Below, piece after piece: positions 1-9,596 of a stretch of 64,000 bases of DNA. Source of the DNA: Myxococcales bacterium (GTDB lineage: Bacteria > Myxococcota > Myxococcia > Myxococcales > JAKAPL01); NCBI GenBank assembly GCA_021783235.1, contig JAJXUD010000009.1:1911-65910 (forward strand). The letters run 5' to 3'. The translations under genes were made by a program, and so were the position numbers. The notes under the pieces are model-generated. The model ran no database searches. It was not told the origin of the DNA and was given only the letters and a program-made list of their open reading frames with translations. Within the stretch, counting starts at the first letter, position 1; each line of letters starts with the position of its first letter.

Positions 1-74
1 ACGAGGAGATGGGCGGCCAGCGCGGCGCGCCGCAGTGGGAAGAGGATCTGGCGGCCTACCGGCTCGCGGGGGGC

Positions 75-245
75 TGAGAGCCTGTGAACCAACCCCTTCC
101 CGTCGCCGAGCGGCCGATCCGGGCCCATCTCCTTCGTTGCGCCAACGGCTCGATACCTCAGCGGGTATCGAGCCGTTGGCGCGCCTCGCAGCTGGACCCG
201 CCTCGGCCGCTGGGCTCGGTCCAGGGATTGGTTCACAGGCTCTGA
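75..245. repeat. MITE/REP-like palindromic intergenic element, copy 1 (~171 bp)
   Basis: Terminal inverted repeats AGAGCCTGTGAACCAA ... TTGGTTCACAGGCTCT. Central long hairpin GCCAACGGCTCGATACC/GGTATCGAGCCGTTGGC. A near-identical reverse-complement copy lies at 6463-6634. Confidence 0.8.
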
Positions 246-253
246 GAGCCCGC

Positions 254-1567
254 GTGCGCGAGGTCGGGATCGGGCTCCTCGGGCTCGGCAACGTCGGCGG
301 GCCGTTCGCGCGGCAGCTCGCCGAGCGGGCAGAGGCGCTCGCGGCCGAGACGGGGGTGCGGCCGCGGATCGCCCGCGCGCTGGTGCGCGATCCCTCGCGG
401 CGGCGCGAGCTGCCGGCGGGGCTCTCGGAGGCGCTCGGGACCGACCCGGCCGCGCTGCTGCGCGATCCCGCCATCGAGATCGTGGTCGAGCTCCTCGGCG
501 GCCTCGAACCGGCCGGATCGCTCGTGGCGGAGGCGATCGCGCGCGGCAAGCACGTCGTCACCGCGAACAAGCTCCTCCTCGCCGAGCGGGGCGAGGAGCT
601 CTTCGGGGCGGCGGCCGCGCGCGGGGTCGCGCTGCGCTACGAGGGGGCGGTCTGCGGGGGGCTGCCGATCGTCCGGATCCTTCGCGAGGCGCTCGAGGGC
701 GACGAGGTGCTCGCGGTCCACGGCGTGGTGAACGGCACCACGAACTACGTCCTCGGCCGCATGGGCGAGGCGGGCGCCAGCCTCGAGGAGGCGCTGCGGG
801 AGGCCCAGGCGAAGGGCTACGCCGAGGCGGATCCCACCCTGGACGTCTCGGGGGGCGACGCCGCCCAGAAGCTCTGCCTCATCGCCGGGCTGGCCTTCGG
901 AGTCCGCGTCCGGCAGGGCGAGCTCCTGGTCGAGGGGATCGAGCGGGTCACGCCGCGCGACTTCGAGGCGGCCCGCGAGCTCGGCTGCGTCGTGAAGCTC
1001 CTCGCGGTGGCGCGGCGGGAGGGCGAGCGGCTCGACCTGCGCGTCCACCCCGCGATGGTGCCGGAGCGCGGGCCGCTCGCCTCCATCCGCGGCGCGCTGA
1101 ACGGGCTGCTCGTCGAGACGCGGGCGCTCGGGCCGCTCGTCCTCTCGGCGCCGGGCGCGGGCGGCGAGGCGACCGCGAGCGCGGTGCTCGCGGACGTGCT
1201 GGACGTGGCGCGCCTCGGCGGCGCGGCGGCGCTCCCCTTCTCGGGTCGCGCCCCGGCCCGGCTCGTGCCGCGCGCCGAGATCGTCTCGGCCTACCACCTG
1301 CGCTTCACGGTGGACGACGCGCCGGGCGTGCTCGCCGGGCTCACCGCGGCGCTCGGGCGGCGCGGCATCAGCATCGCCGCGCTCCACCAGCGCGAGCGGC
1401 GCGAGGCCTCCGAGGGGCCGGTCACCCTGGTCTCGCTCACCCACCGCGCTCGCGAGGGCGACGTCCTCGCGGCGGTGACGGAGATCGACGCGCTCCCGAC
1501 CACCCGGGCCCCGACGCGGCTCGTGCGCGTCGAAGTCGAGGGCGCCCTGGCGCCCTGGCGCCCGTGA
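254..1567 (+). CDS. hom: homoserine dehydrogenase
   Basis: N-terminal NAD-binding motif VGIGLLGLGNVGG, catalytic-domain motifs (VTANK, GVVNGTTNY, EADPTLDVSG) and a C-terminal ACT-like region. GTG 254 was chosen as start because the upstream part of ORF 35..1567 is the repeat element. Confidence 0.85.
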   Translation: MREVGIGLLGLGNVGGPFARQLAERAEALAAETGVRPRIARALVRDPSRRRELPAGLSEALGTDPAALLRDPAIEIVVELLGGLEPAGSLVAEAIARGKHVVTANKLLLAERGEELFGAAAARGVALRYEGAVCGGLPIVRILREALEGDEVLAVHGVVNGTTNYVLGRMGEAGASLEEALREAQAKGYAEADPTLDVSGGDAAQKLCLIAGLAFGVRVRQGELLVEGIERVTPRDFEAARELGCVVKLLAVARREGERLDLRVHPAMVPERGPLASIRGALNGLLVETRALGPLVLSAPGAGGEATASAVLADVLDVARLGGAAALPFSGRAPARLVPRAEIVSAYHLRFTVDDAPGVLAGLTAALGRRGISIAALHQRERREASEGPVTLVSLTHRAREGDVLAAVTEIDALPTTRAPTRLVRVEVEGALAPWRP

Positions 1568-1676
1568 AGCCCTGCTCCGTCGGTGAGGGCGCAAGGTTTC
1601 CTAAGGAGACGCCCGAGGATGCTGCCGCCTCTCGCATGGTAGAATCGGCTTCGCTCGCCGTACTCGAGGTGTCGAG

Positions 1677-3998
1677 ATGCTCCGGATGGGTCTGGCTTCG
1701 GCCGTCACGCTCTGCTTCTCGTTCGCCGGCCCGTGGACCTGTTCGCAGTTCCAGCAGCCCGACGGCGGTACGTCCAGCTTCAACCCGCATCCAGGCGGGG
1801 TGGTCAATTCGGGCGGTCAGGGTGGAACGGTCTCTCTGACCGTCGACGCGGGCGTGACGGCCAGTTGCAGCGGGACGCTCTCGATCTCGCCCGCCAATCC
1901 GACCTTGGCCGTGAACCTCGACAGCGCTGCGCTACCGGCGACCTTGCCCCTCACGGCGGTCTGCACCACCGCCGGCGGGTCCCATCCCGTGAGCGCCAAC
2001 TGGTTCTCGCAGCGCCCGGGCCTGGCCGCGGTCGACTATCAGACGGGCGTCGCCAGCTCCTCTGGCCCCATGGGAGGTCAGGTCGGAATCATCGCGGGAA
2101 CGAGCGGACTGGTCGCCAACGCGACCCTCACGGTGGTCGTGACCCAGACGGTCTTCGAGGGCGTTCCCAGCACTGCTCCGAACGCTTTCCAAGCGCCGCC
2201 GACGCTCGGGGGCTCGACCGCCCCGGCTCTCCTCTATCCGCTCGACCAGGTCATCATCCCGGTCAACCTGCCGCCGATCGACTTCCAATGGCAGCCCGGG
2301 CAGGGGAACGATCTCTTCAGGGTGACCCTCTCTGGTCCGTTCGCGAACCTCATCGCCTATGTGGAGGCCCCCTACTCGGCGCCGCCACAGAATTCGAACG
2401 AGCCGAGCTGGCAGCCGGCCGCGACGGATTGGAGCCACTTCGCCCAGTCGAACGTCGGCCAGAGCGTCACGGTCCACGTCGACGGGGTCGACACCGGTGC
2501 TCCCGGCAGCGTGTACGGATCGACGACTCGCGGCCTCGCGCTCGCGAGGTCTCGGATGGCCGGCGAGATGTACTATTGGTCGGTCAACCTCGGCCGAATC
2601 TTCAAGGTCCCGGCGGGCGCCACCTCGCCGCCCGTGGACATCTACAACAGCAATGGCTGCATCGCCTGCCACGCCGTGAGTCCAGACGGCACCAAGCTCT
2701 CCGCCGAGCTCTGGGGTGGCGGCCAACCTGGGACCGTGCTGAACCTGACGTCCAACCCCGCGTCGCCGATCGTTCGAGTGGGTCCGGATTGGGACTTCTC
2801 CACCTTCGATCCCAGCGGGAAGTACCTGGTCGTCTCTCACGATGGGGATCTCACGCTGCGCAGCGCCACGACCGGAAGCCCGGTGCCGAGTGGCACGGGG
2901 GAAGGGAACCTCGCGCCCATCGGCTGCGGCTGGGGCGGAGAGTGCACCCAGCCGGCCTGGTCTCGAGACGGCCACTTCCTCGTGTTCGTGAAGGGCAAGC
3001 CCTGGGGCTGGGGCTCGGATTGGGACTTCTCCGCTTCGCAGCTGATGCTGCTGACCTGGCTCGGCGGGACCTCCTTCGTCGGCCCAACCGTCCTCGCCAC
3101 GGGCGACTTCGATGGACAGTGGCTCGCGGACGTCTACCCGACGATCTCGGTCGACGACAGCTTGGTGGCCTTCACGCGCAGCCCCTGCTCCTACGGGAGT
3201 AACTGCCCGAACAGCTCTCGGCTGGATCTCGTCCCGACGGCCGGCGGGCAGCCCATCGAGCTGGGGCACGCCGAAGGGGGCGATCGCAGCAACCGCTTCC
3301 CGAGCTTTTCGCCCTTCAAAGAAGGGGGCTACCACTGGCTGGCCTTCTTCTCGCAGCGCGATTACGGCTGGGTCACGGCGCAGACGAGCCGGCGCCAGAT
3401 CTGGGTCGCGGCCGTCGACGACAACGGAGCGCCGGTCTCGGACAGCTCACACCCCGCCTTCTGGTTCCCTGGGCAGGATTTCACCTCGGAAAACGACAAG
3501 GCCCAGTGGGCGACGCTCCCCTGCGAGGGCGCGGGCCAGCCTTGCCAAGGAGACATCGACTGTTGCCAGCCGCTCCTCTGCGGCGGCGCGAGCACGGGCG
3601 CTGCGCCGACGTGCATGACGCAGTCGCAGGCCTGCACTTTCAGCTGGGATTTTCGGCAGGTTTTCCAGGGCGGCGGCGGCGCGCCGGAATTCACCCGCTG
3701 GGATGGCCTGGGCTTCACCTATCAACCGAACCCGATTCCGTCGACCGACGACTTCTCGGTGAGCGTCCGGGTGGCCAACCAGCAATCGCTGCTCGCCTCG
3801 GCCACGCCGATAGCGCTCTGCGACATGAATACGCCGCCGTCCTGCGCGAACCCGATCGACTTGACGGGCTACAACCTCGTCGGGGCCTTCCTCGAGGTGG
3901 ATTTCAAGTTCCAGCAGACGAGCTGCTCGCCGCCCGCCGCGGGGCAGCTCCTGAGCCTCGGGACGGTGACCGTCACGCAGACCAACGCCGGAAACTGA
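1677..3998 (+). CDS. secreted TolB/WD40-like beta-propeller protein with a CxxCH motif and a Cys-rich C-terminal region
   Basis: 773-aa ORF with a hydrophobic N-terminus. Contains SPDG/SRDG propeller-like repeats, the motif NGCIACHAVSPDG, and a C-terminal cystine-rich block CEGAGQPCQGDIDCCQPLLC. Confidence 0.6.
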   Translation: MLRMGLASAVTLCFSFAGPWTCSQFQQPDGGTSSFNPHPGGVVNSGGQGGTVSLTVDAGVTASCSGTLSISPANPTLAVNLDSAALPATLPLTAVCTTAGGSHPVSANWFSQRPGLAAVDYQTGVASSSGPMGGQVGIIAGTSGLVANATLTVVVTQTVFEGVPSTAPNAFQAPPTLGGSTAPALLYPLDQVIIPVNLPPIDFQWQPGQGNDLFRVTLSGPFANLIAYVEAPYSAPPQNSNEPSWQPAATDWSHFAQSNVGQSVTVHVDGVDTGAPGSVYGSTTRGLALARSRMAGEMYYWSVNLGRIFKVPAGATSPPVDIYNSNGCIACHAVSPDGTKLSAELWGGGQPGTVLNLTSNPASPIVRVGPDWDFSTFDPSGKYLVVSHDGDLTLRSATTGSPVPSGTGEGNLAPIGCGWGGECTQPAWSRDGHFLVFVKGKPWGWGSDWDFSASQLMLLTWLGGTSFVGPTVLATGDFDGQWLADVYPTISVDDSLVAFTRSPCSYGSNCPNSSRLDLVPTAGGQPIELGHAEGGDRSNRFPSFSPFKEGGYHWLAFFSQRDYGWVTAQTSRRQIWVAAVDDNGAPVSDSSHPAFWFPGQDFTSENDKAQWATLPCEGAGQPCQGDIDCCQPLLCGGASTGAAPTCMTQSQACTFSWDFRQVFQGGGGAPEFTRWDGLGFTYQPNPIPSTDDFSVSVRVANQQSLLASATPIALCDMNTPPSCANPIDLTGYNLVGAFLEVDFKFQQTSCSPPAAGQLLSLGTVTVTQTNAGN

Positions 3999-4089
3999 GC
4001 CATCCCCGTCTCGAGCGCGGCCGTGGCGCCAGCCCGCGCTTGCCTCGGGCGGCACGATGGACTAGTTAGGCCTCGTCGTTCAGTCGGAC

Positions 4090-4166
<77 letters not shown>

Positions 4167-4213
4167 GGAGAAGGGGGCGAGGGAGCCGAGCGGGAGGAGA
4201 CTCGGGCCGCGAA

Positions 4214-4287
4214 GCGCCAGTAGCTCAGTTGGACAGAGCAACGGCCTTCTAAGCCGTGGGTCGTGGGTTCGAATCCCGCCTGGCGCG
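4214..4287 (+). tRNA. tRNA-Arg (anticodon TCT)
   Basis: Manual cloverleaf: acceptor GCGCCAG/CTGGCGC, anticodon stem ACGGC/GCCGT, loop CTTCTAA, T-loop TTCGAAT. Confidence 0.9.
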
Positions 4288-4384
4288 CAAGAGAGTAGCC
4301 TCGTGGGGCCGCCGAGACGGCCCGAAGATGCGAGGCGCAGGTCGAACGCTGCAGCAGATGGGGCCGTCCCGGCGGCCGACATAT

Positions 4385-4457
4385 GGTGGATGTAGCTCAA
4401 AGGTAGAGCACCGGACTGTGGCTCCGGGTGTTGTGGGTTCGAATCCCATCTTCCACC
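4385..4457 (+). tRNA. tRNA-His (anticodon GTG) with extra 5' G(-1)
   Basis: G-1 followed by GTGGATG, anticodon stem CCGGA/TCCGG, loop CTGTGGC, T-loop TTCGAAT. There is one acceptor-stem mismatch. Confidence 0.85.
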
Positions 4458-4563
4458 CCCAGAGGCTTTTCGAGGTCGATGCGGGCCGGCGCGGTCCTGG
4501 CGGCGGCTCGCGGGGCGGGAGTGCCCTGAAGGCCTCCCGCCGAGGCCTCGTCTTCGAGAAGCC

Positions 4564-6459
4564 TCAGCCCTGCGCGCTGAGGTCCTGAAGCTCCTGCCAG
4601 CGGGCATAGAGCCGATCGATCTCGGCGCCGGCCCGCTCGAGCTCGGCGCGCAGCGCGGGAACCCGCGCGGCCGACTCGCTGTAGGTCCTCGGATCGGCGA
4701 GGGCCGCCTCGGCCGCGGCCTTTCGCCCCTCCGCGGCCTCGAGCGCGGCCTCCATCCCCTCGAGCTCGCGCTGCTCCTTGTAACCGAGCCGCCTCGGCTT
4801 GCCCTTCGCCGCCGCTGCCTCGGGCGGGCGGCGCGCCGCGGCGGCCTCGGGGGGCTGGGCGCCGGCGCGCTCGCTCTGCGCCCGCAGGCTCCGGTAGGTC
4901 TCGAAGTTGCCGGCGTGGCGGACGATCCGGCCGTCCCCTTCGAAGGAGAGGATCGCGGTCGCCACCTTGTCGAGGAAGTAGCGGTCGTGGGTGACGAGGA
5001 GCACGCTCCCGCCGAAGTCGAGGAGCAGCCGCTCGAGGACGTTCAGCGTCACGAGGTCGAGGTCGTTCGTCGGCTCGTCCAGGACGAGGAGGTTCGCGCC
5101 CTGGAGGAAGAGCCGCGCGAGGAAGAGCCGGTTGCGCTCGCCGCCCGAGAGCGCCGAGACCCGCTGGCGCTGCATCGGCACGGGGAAGAGCAGCTCCTCG
5201 AGGTAGTCCCGCAGGAGCAGCTCCTTGCCGCCGACCCGCACCCGCTCCTCGCCCCCCGCGGCCTCGTAGACGGTCTCGTCGGGGTCGAGCTGGGCGCGCG
5301 CCTGGTCGTAGTAGGCGATCACGGTGCGCGGCCCCAGCGCGACCGTCCCCGCGTCGGGCGGGAGCTCGCCGAGCAGCAGCCGCAGGAAGGTGGTCTTGCC
5401 GACGCCGTTCGGCCCGACGAGGCCGACCCGCTCGCCGCGCTGCAGGACGAAGTCGAGCCCGCGAACGAGCGTCCGATCGCCGAAGCGCTTCTCGAGGCCG
5501 TGCGCCTCGAGGACGATCTGGCCGAGCCGCGGGGCGCTCGCGAGCGCGAGGCCGGCGGTGCGGGGCGGCGCGAAGCCGCGCTCGGCCATCAGCCGCTTCG
5601 CGCGCTGGATGCGGGCCTTGCTCTTGGTACGCCGCGCCTCGACGCCGCGGCGAAGCCAGGCGACCTCCTGCGCGATCCAGCGCTGGCGTTTGTGCTCGGC
5701 CACCGACGCCGTCTCCTCCTCCTCGACCTTCTGGACGAGGTAGGCCTCGTAGTTGCCGGGGTAGGAGCGGAGGCCGCCGCCAGGGGTGATCTCGACGATC
5801 CGATCGACGAGGTCGTCGAGGAAGTAGCGGTCGTGGGTGACGAGCAGGAGCGCCCCCGCGAGCTGATCGAGCGCCTCCTCGAGCCAGTCCACCGTGTCGG
5901 CGTCGAGGTGGTTCGTCGGCTCGTCGAGGAGCAGGAGATCGGGGGCGGTGAGCAACGCTCTGGCGATCGCCACCCGCTTGCGAGTCCCGCCCGACAGCTC
6001 GGCGATGGGCCGCTCCCAGGCGGTGACCCCGAGCCGCTCGAGCAGCTCGCGGGCCCGGTGGGCGGTGCTCCAGCCCCCCAATCGCTCGATCGCGTCGGCC
6101 ACCCTCGCCGCCCGCTCGAGCGCCTGGGAGGTCCCCTCGGCCGAGAGGCGCGCGTGCTCCGAGAGCGCCGCGCGCAGCTCGGGATCGGGCACCGCGAGCT
6201 CCGAGGCCACCGTGGCGCCCGCCGGGAACTCGGGCTCCTGCGGGAGGTAGGTGACGCGCGCGCCCCGGCGAAGCTGCAGCTCGCCGTGATCGGGCGGGAG
6301 CACGCGCCCGAGCATCTTCATGAGCGAGGACTTCCCCGAGCCGTTGACGCCGATGAGCCCGACCCGCTCCCCCTCCTCGAGCGTGAGCGTGAGCCCCTCG
6401 AAGACGCGCCGGCTCCCGAAGGCGAGGCCGAGCGAGTCGGCGTGGAGGAGGGTGGGCAT
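4564..6459 (-). CDS. uup: ABC-F family ATPase (Uup-like, two ABC domains plus C-terminal coiled coil)
   Basis: Two Walker A motifs (GVNGSGKSS, GPNGVGKTT), two ABC signatures (LSGGTRKR, LSGGERNR), and a C-terminal coiled-coil tail. No TM domain. Confidence 0.85.
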   Translation of the reverse strand: MPTLLHADSLGLAFGSRRVFEGLTLTLEEGERVGLIGVNGSGKSSLMKMLGRVLPPDHGELQLRRGARVTYLPQEPEFPAGATVASELAVPDPELRAALSEHARLSAEGTSQALERAARVADAIERLGGWSTAHRARELLERLGVTAWERPIAELSGGTRKRVAIARALLTAPDLLLLDEPTNHLDADTVDWLEEALDQLAGALLLVTHDRYFLDDLVDRIVEITPGGGLRSYPGNYEAYLVQKVEEEETASVAEHKRQRWIAQEVAWLRRGVEARRTKSKARIQRAKRLMAERGFAPPRTAGLALASAPRLGQIVLEAHGLEKRFGDRTLVRGLDFVLQRGERVGLVGPNGVGKTTFLRLLLGELPPDAGTVALGPRTVIAYYDQARAQLDPDETVYEAAGGEERVRVGGKELLLRDYLEELLFPVPMQRQRVSALSGGERNRLFLARLFLQGANLLVLDEPTNDLDLVTLNVLERLLLDFGGSVLLVTHDRYFLDKVATAILSFEGDGRIVRHAGNFETYRSLRAQSERAGAQPPEAAAARRPPEAAAAKGKPRRLGYKEQRELEGMEAALEAAEGRKAAAEAALADPRTYSESAARVPALRAELERAGAEIDRLYARWQELQDLSAQG

Positions 6460-6462
6460 CGG

Positions 6463-6634
6463 TCAGAGCCTGTGAACCAATCCCTGGACCGAGCCCAGCG
6501 GCCGAGGCGGGTCCAGCTGCGAGGCGCGCCAACGGCTTGATACCCGCTGAGGTATCAAGCCGTTGGCACAACGAAGTAGATGGGCCCGGATCGGTCGCTG
6601 GGCGACGGGAAGGGATTGGTTCACAGGCTCTCAG
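6463..6634. repeat. MITE/REP-like palindromic intergenic element, copy 2 (inverted relative to copy 1)
   Basis: Reverse complement of 75-245 with only a few mismatches. Its right terminal repeat contains the stop codon (6631-6633) of the upstream methyltransferase gene. Confidence 0.8.
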
Positions 6635-8445
6635 CCGCGCTTGCGGGCGACGACGCGGTAGGCGTCGGACATGCCGGGGAGCCCCTTCGCGAGCCGGAGG
6701 GCGGCGTCGACGGCGAACGCGGCGGCGAGGGGGGCTGCGCCGAGGGCGAGCGTCGCGGTCCGACGCGCCCGCGAGAGCGCGCCGCCGGGCGCGCGCCAGG
6801 GGAGATCCGCGGGGGGGGCCCAGCCGTCGAGGGTCAGCCAGGTGGCGAAGAAGACGTTCGAGCCGACGTGCGCGGGGCCGCGCTCGACGCGAGTCACCTC
6901 GAAGCCGAGCTCGTCCAGGACCCGGGAGAGGTTTCGCACCGAGAGCAGCTGCTGGTGCTGCGGCTGGAAGTAGGGCATCCAGCGCGTCCCGAGGACGTGG
7001 CGCATGCTGCACTCGGGGTCTGGGACCTCGATGACGAGCTGTCCATTTGGGCCGAGCACGCGGTGGGCCGCGGCCAGGTCCGTGCGCGGGTCGCGGGTGT
7101 GCTCGAGGCAGTGGCTCAGGCTCACGACGTCGTAGCGCCCCTCGAGCGAGGGGGCGAGGTCTGGGAGGAAGCCCTGGAACGCCTCGTCGATCCAGCCGCG
7201 CCGCAGCCCCTCGCGCACGCTCTCCCCGACGTCCAGGCAGTCGAAGCGCGTCTCGGGCCAGCGCTCGCGGGCGAGCAGGCAGAAGTGGCCGGTGCCGCCC
7301 CCGACGTCGAGCCAGCGGCGCGGCTCCCCCGTCGCGAGATCGGCGCGGGCCCGGTAGCTCTCCGCGGCGAAGCCGAAGACCGCCTCGAGCCAGGCCTCGG
7401 AGAGGCCGTCGTAGAAGTCGCGGTAGTAGAACGAGAGTCCTTCGAGGGAGAGGCGCGGGTTCTGGAAGAGGTGGCCGCAGTCGCGGCAGCCCTCGAGCAC
7501 GAAGGTCCCCGGCTTGTGCTGGAGCCGGTCGGGAGTCCGGAGGACGGGGGCGAGCCGCTCGCCGTCGCAGACGGGGCAGCGCGTCCGGCGCGGCTCGAAG
7601 AAGCGCGCCGTCCCACCCGCCAGCTCGGCCTCGTAGGCCGGCCGCCGCGCCGCCACCGCGGCGGCCCGCTCGTCGTCCGGGGCGTTCGCGAAGAGCGCGG
7701 TGGCCCAGTCCCAGATCTGGAGCGGCAGCATCAGCAGGCTGGTGGGCCAGAGATCGTCCGCCTCGATTGGGCTGCCAGAGAGCGCGACGAGCGGCTGGAG
7801 GTGGAGCGCGAAGAGACCGAGCGCGCCCGCGAGGCCGCCGCGCAGCGCCGCGAGGAGGGTGAGCGCCCAGAGCACGGCCTGGCCCGCGGCGATGGTCGGC
7901 GTGAAGTCGGAGAGGACCTCGCGCAAAACGGCGCTCCGCTCGAGGGCGCTCGGCCGGTGGGGGATGAGCCCGTCTGCCACCGCGAAGCCGACGCCGGTCG
8001 GCGCGTAACGTTTGAAGCGGCGGGCGAGCCGCAAGAGCTCGGCGGGCGTCCGCGGCGAGAAATCCGAGACCGCCGCCCGCTCGAGGAGCGCGCGCGAGAC
8101 CAGGATCGCCTGCCCGGCGCTCGCGCCGGGCGCGAGCTGGCTGCGGCGGAAGCTCCTCGGGTCGACCTGCTGCACGAGGCCGAGGGCGGGGAGCGCCTTC
8201 CAGCGGGCGGGAACGAGGTCGAGCGCGAGGAGCTGCTCGCCCCGCGCGAAGGACTCGGCGGCGGCCCGCGCCTCGGGCGGAAGCGTCGCGCCGCGGCCGA
8301 GGATGAGCTCGTAGGCGACCTCCGGCGCGCCGACCGCGCCGCTCTCGCTCGCCCGTGGCAAGGCGCGCAGCCGCCCGCGCAGCCGGAGCGCGTCCCCGAG
8401 GTAGATGAGCGCGAGGAGAAGCCCGAGGGCCGCCCAGATCGTCAC
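6631..8445 (-). CDS. membrane-anchored class I SAM-dependent methyltransferase with zinc-ribbon (last gene of the PKS operon)
   Basis: The GTG start overlaps the GT1 stop (GTGA). The N-terminal ~270 aa carry hydrophobic segments. These are followed by CPVCDG...CRDCGH and the SAM motif LDVGGGTGHF ... YDVVSLSHCLEHTRDP. The upstream part of ORF 6631..9141 is Arg-rich and overlaps the GT gene. Confidence 0.75.
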   Translation of the reverse strand: MTIWAALGLLLALIYLGDALRLRGRLRALPRASESGAVGAPEVAYELILGRGATLPPEARAAAESFARGEQLLALDLVPARWKALPALGLVQQVDPRSFRRSQLAPGASAGQAILVSRALLERAAVSDFSPRTPAELLRLARRFKRYAPTGVGFAVADGLIPHRPSALERSAVLREVLSDFTPTIAAGQAVLWALTLLAALRGGLAGALGLFALHLQPLVALSGSPIEADDLWPTSLLMLPLQIWDWATALFANAPDDERAAAVAARRPAYEAELAGGTARFFEPRRTRCPVCDGERLAPVLRTPDRLQHKPGTFVLEGCRDCGHLFQNPRLSLEGLSFYYRDFYDGLSEAWLEAVFGFAAESYRARADLATGEPRRWLDVGGGTGHFCLLARERWPETRFDCLDVGESVREGLRRGWIDEAFQGFLPDLAPSLEGRYDVVSLSHCLEHTRDPRTDLAAAHRVLGPNGQLVIEVPDPECSMRHVLGTRWMPYFQPQHQQLLSVRNLSRVLDELGFEVTRVERGPAHVGSNVFFATWLTLDGWAPPADLPWRAPGGALSRARRTATLALGAAPLAAAFAVDAALRLAKGLPGMSDAYRVVARKRG

Positions 8446-9596
8446 AGAAGTGCCTCCAGCGCCCGGACGGCCGCCGGGGTTCCGCCGGCCGCCTCGAACG
8501 AGCTCCGAATCCGATCCGCGGCCGCCCGAAAGGACGGCTCGCCCAGCACGCGGCGGACCGCGTCGCGCAGCTCCACGGGGCTCGTGCGGCCGAAGCGGAG
8601 CCGCAGCCCGGCTCCCGCGCTCGCGATCTGCTGGGCGATCACCGGCTGATCGTCGCGGATGGGCGCGACGAGGAGCGGCAGCCCGTGGGCGAGCGACTCG
8701 CAGACGGTGTTCTGGCCGCCGTGGCAGAGGACCGCCGAGACGCGGGGCAAGAGCGCGAGCTGCGGCACGCGCGGCACGACGAGGAAGTTGTCCGGGGCGG
8801 GGCCGAAGGCCTCGGGCGGCGCGGCCACGACGACCTGCAGGGGCTCCTCGGCGAGCGCCTCGACGAGCGCGCGGTAGAGCGGGCCGCCGTGGCCGGCGTT
8901 CACCGTCCCGAGCGAGACGAAGAGCAGCCGCCCCTCGCGCAGCCGCTCCCAGGGGAACGGTGGCTCCGTCGCGCGGGGCGAGAAGCAGGGGCCGATCCAG
9001 CGGAGCTGCGGCGGGTAGGGGCCGGGGCCCGCGAGCTCTGGAGTCGAGAAGACGAGCACGAGCTCGGGCGAGAGCTCGGCCTCGGGCCGCGGCGCGAGGC
9101 CCGCCTCGCGCTCGAGCTCTGCCTTGCGGGCCACCATCCACTCGCGGACCTTGGGCAGGTCGGCGAGCGAGTCGACGACGCCCGCGGCGGTGGTGGCGAG
9201 CGTCGCCCAGCGGATCCCGAGCCGGCGGGCCGCGAGCGCCCCGGCGAGCGCCTGCTGGTCGACGAGGAGCAGATCGGGCCGCAGCTCGCGCGCCGCGGCC
9301 TCGACGCCGGGCAGCATGGAGCGGCCGAGCGGGAGGAAGAGCTCCTCCCAGAGCTCCTTGAAGGCGAGGAGGCCACGCGCCGGCGAGAGGCCTCCGAGCG
9401 ACCGGTCGCGCCGCGCCATGACCTCGCGCTCGTCGAGGGGGAAGAGGCGCGCCCCCTCGGGGAGCAGCGGCCTCACCGCGCCCGGGTGGCCCACCCAGGC
9501 GACCTCGTGGCCGCGCGCCCGGAGCGCCGCGCCGAGCGAGGCGCTCGGATTGACGTGGCCCGTCAGCGGCGGGACCACGAAGAGCAGCCGCGCCAC
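8442..9596 (-). CDS. GT1-family glycosyltransferase (MGT/UDP-glycosyltransferase type)
   Basis: N-terminal LLFVVPPLTGHVNP and C-terminal donor-binding region HGGQNTVCESLAHGLPLLVAPIRDDQP. The GTG start overlaps the upstream stop by 1 nt. Confidence 0.85.
   Translation of the reverse strand: MARLLFVVPPLTGHVNPSASLGAALRARGHEVAWVGHPGAVRPLLPEGARLFPLDEREVMARRDRSLGGLSPARGLLAFKELWEELFLPLGRSMLPGVEAAARELRPDLLLVDQQALAGALAARRLGIRWATLATTAAGVVDSLADLPKVREWMVARKAELEREAGLAPRPEAELSPELVLVFSTPELAGPGPYPPQLRWIGPCFSPRATEPPFPWERLREGRLLFVSLGTVNAGHGGPLYRALVEALAEEPLQVVVAAPPEAFGPAPDNFLVVPRVPQLALLPRVSAVLCHGGQNTVCESLAHGLPLLVAPIRDDQPVIAQQIASAGAGLRLRFGRTSPVELRDAVRRVLGEPSFRAAADRIRSSFEAAGGTPAAVRALEALL

Noticed and set aside
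35-253. Long N-terminal extension of homoserine dehydrogenase (ORF starts at 35)
   Set aside because: The extension is the translation of the MITE-like element, and the same 'peptide' appears in a spurious ORF over copy 2. The NAD-binding motif begins right after GTG 254.
6631-9141. 836-aa version of the methyltransferase ORF
   Set aside because: The first ~230 codons are Arg/Ala/Pro-rich and lie antisense-frame-shifted over the glycosyltransferase gene. A GTG start overlapping the GT stop (GTGA) fits the coupling pattern of the rest of the operon.
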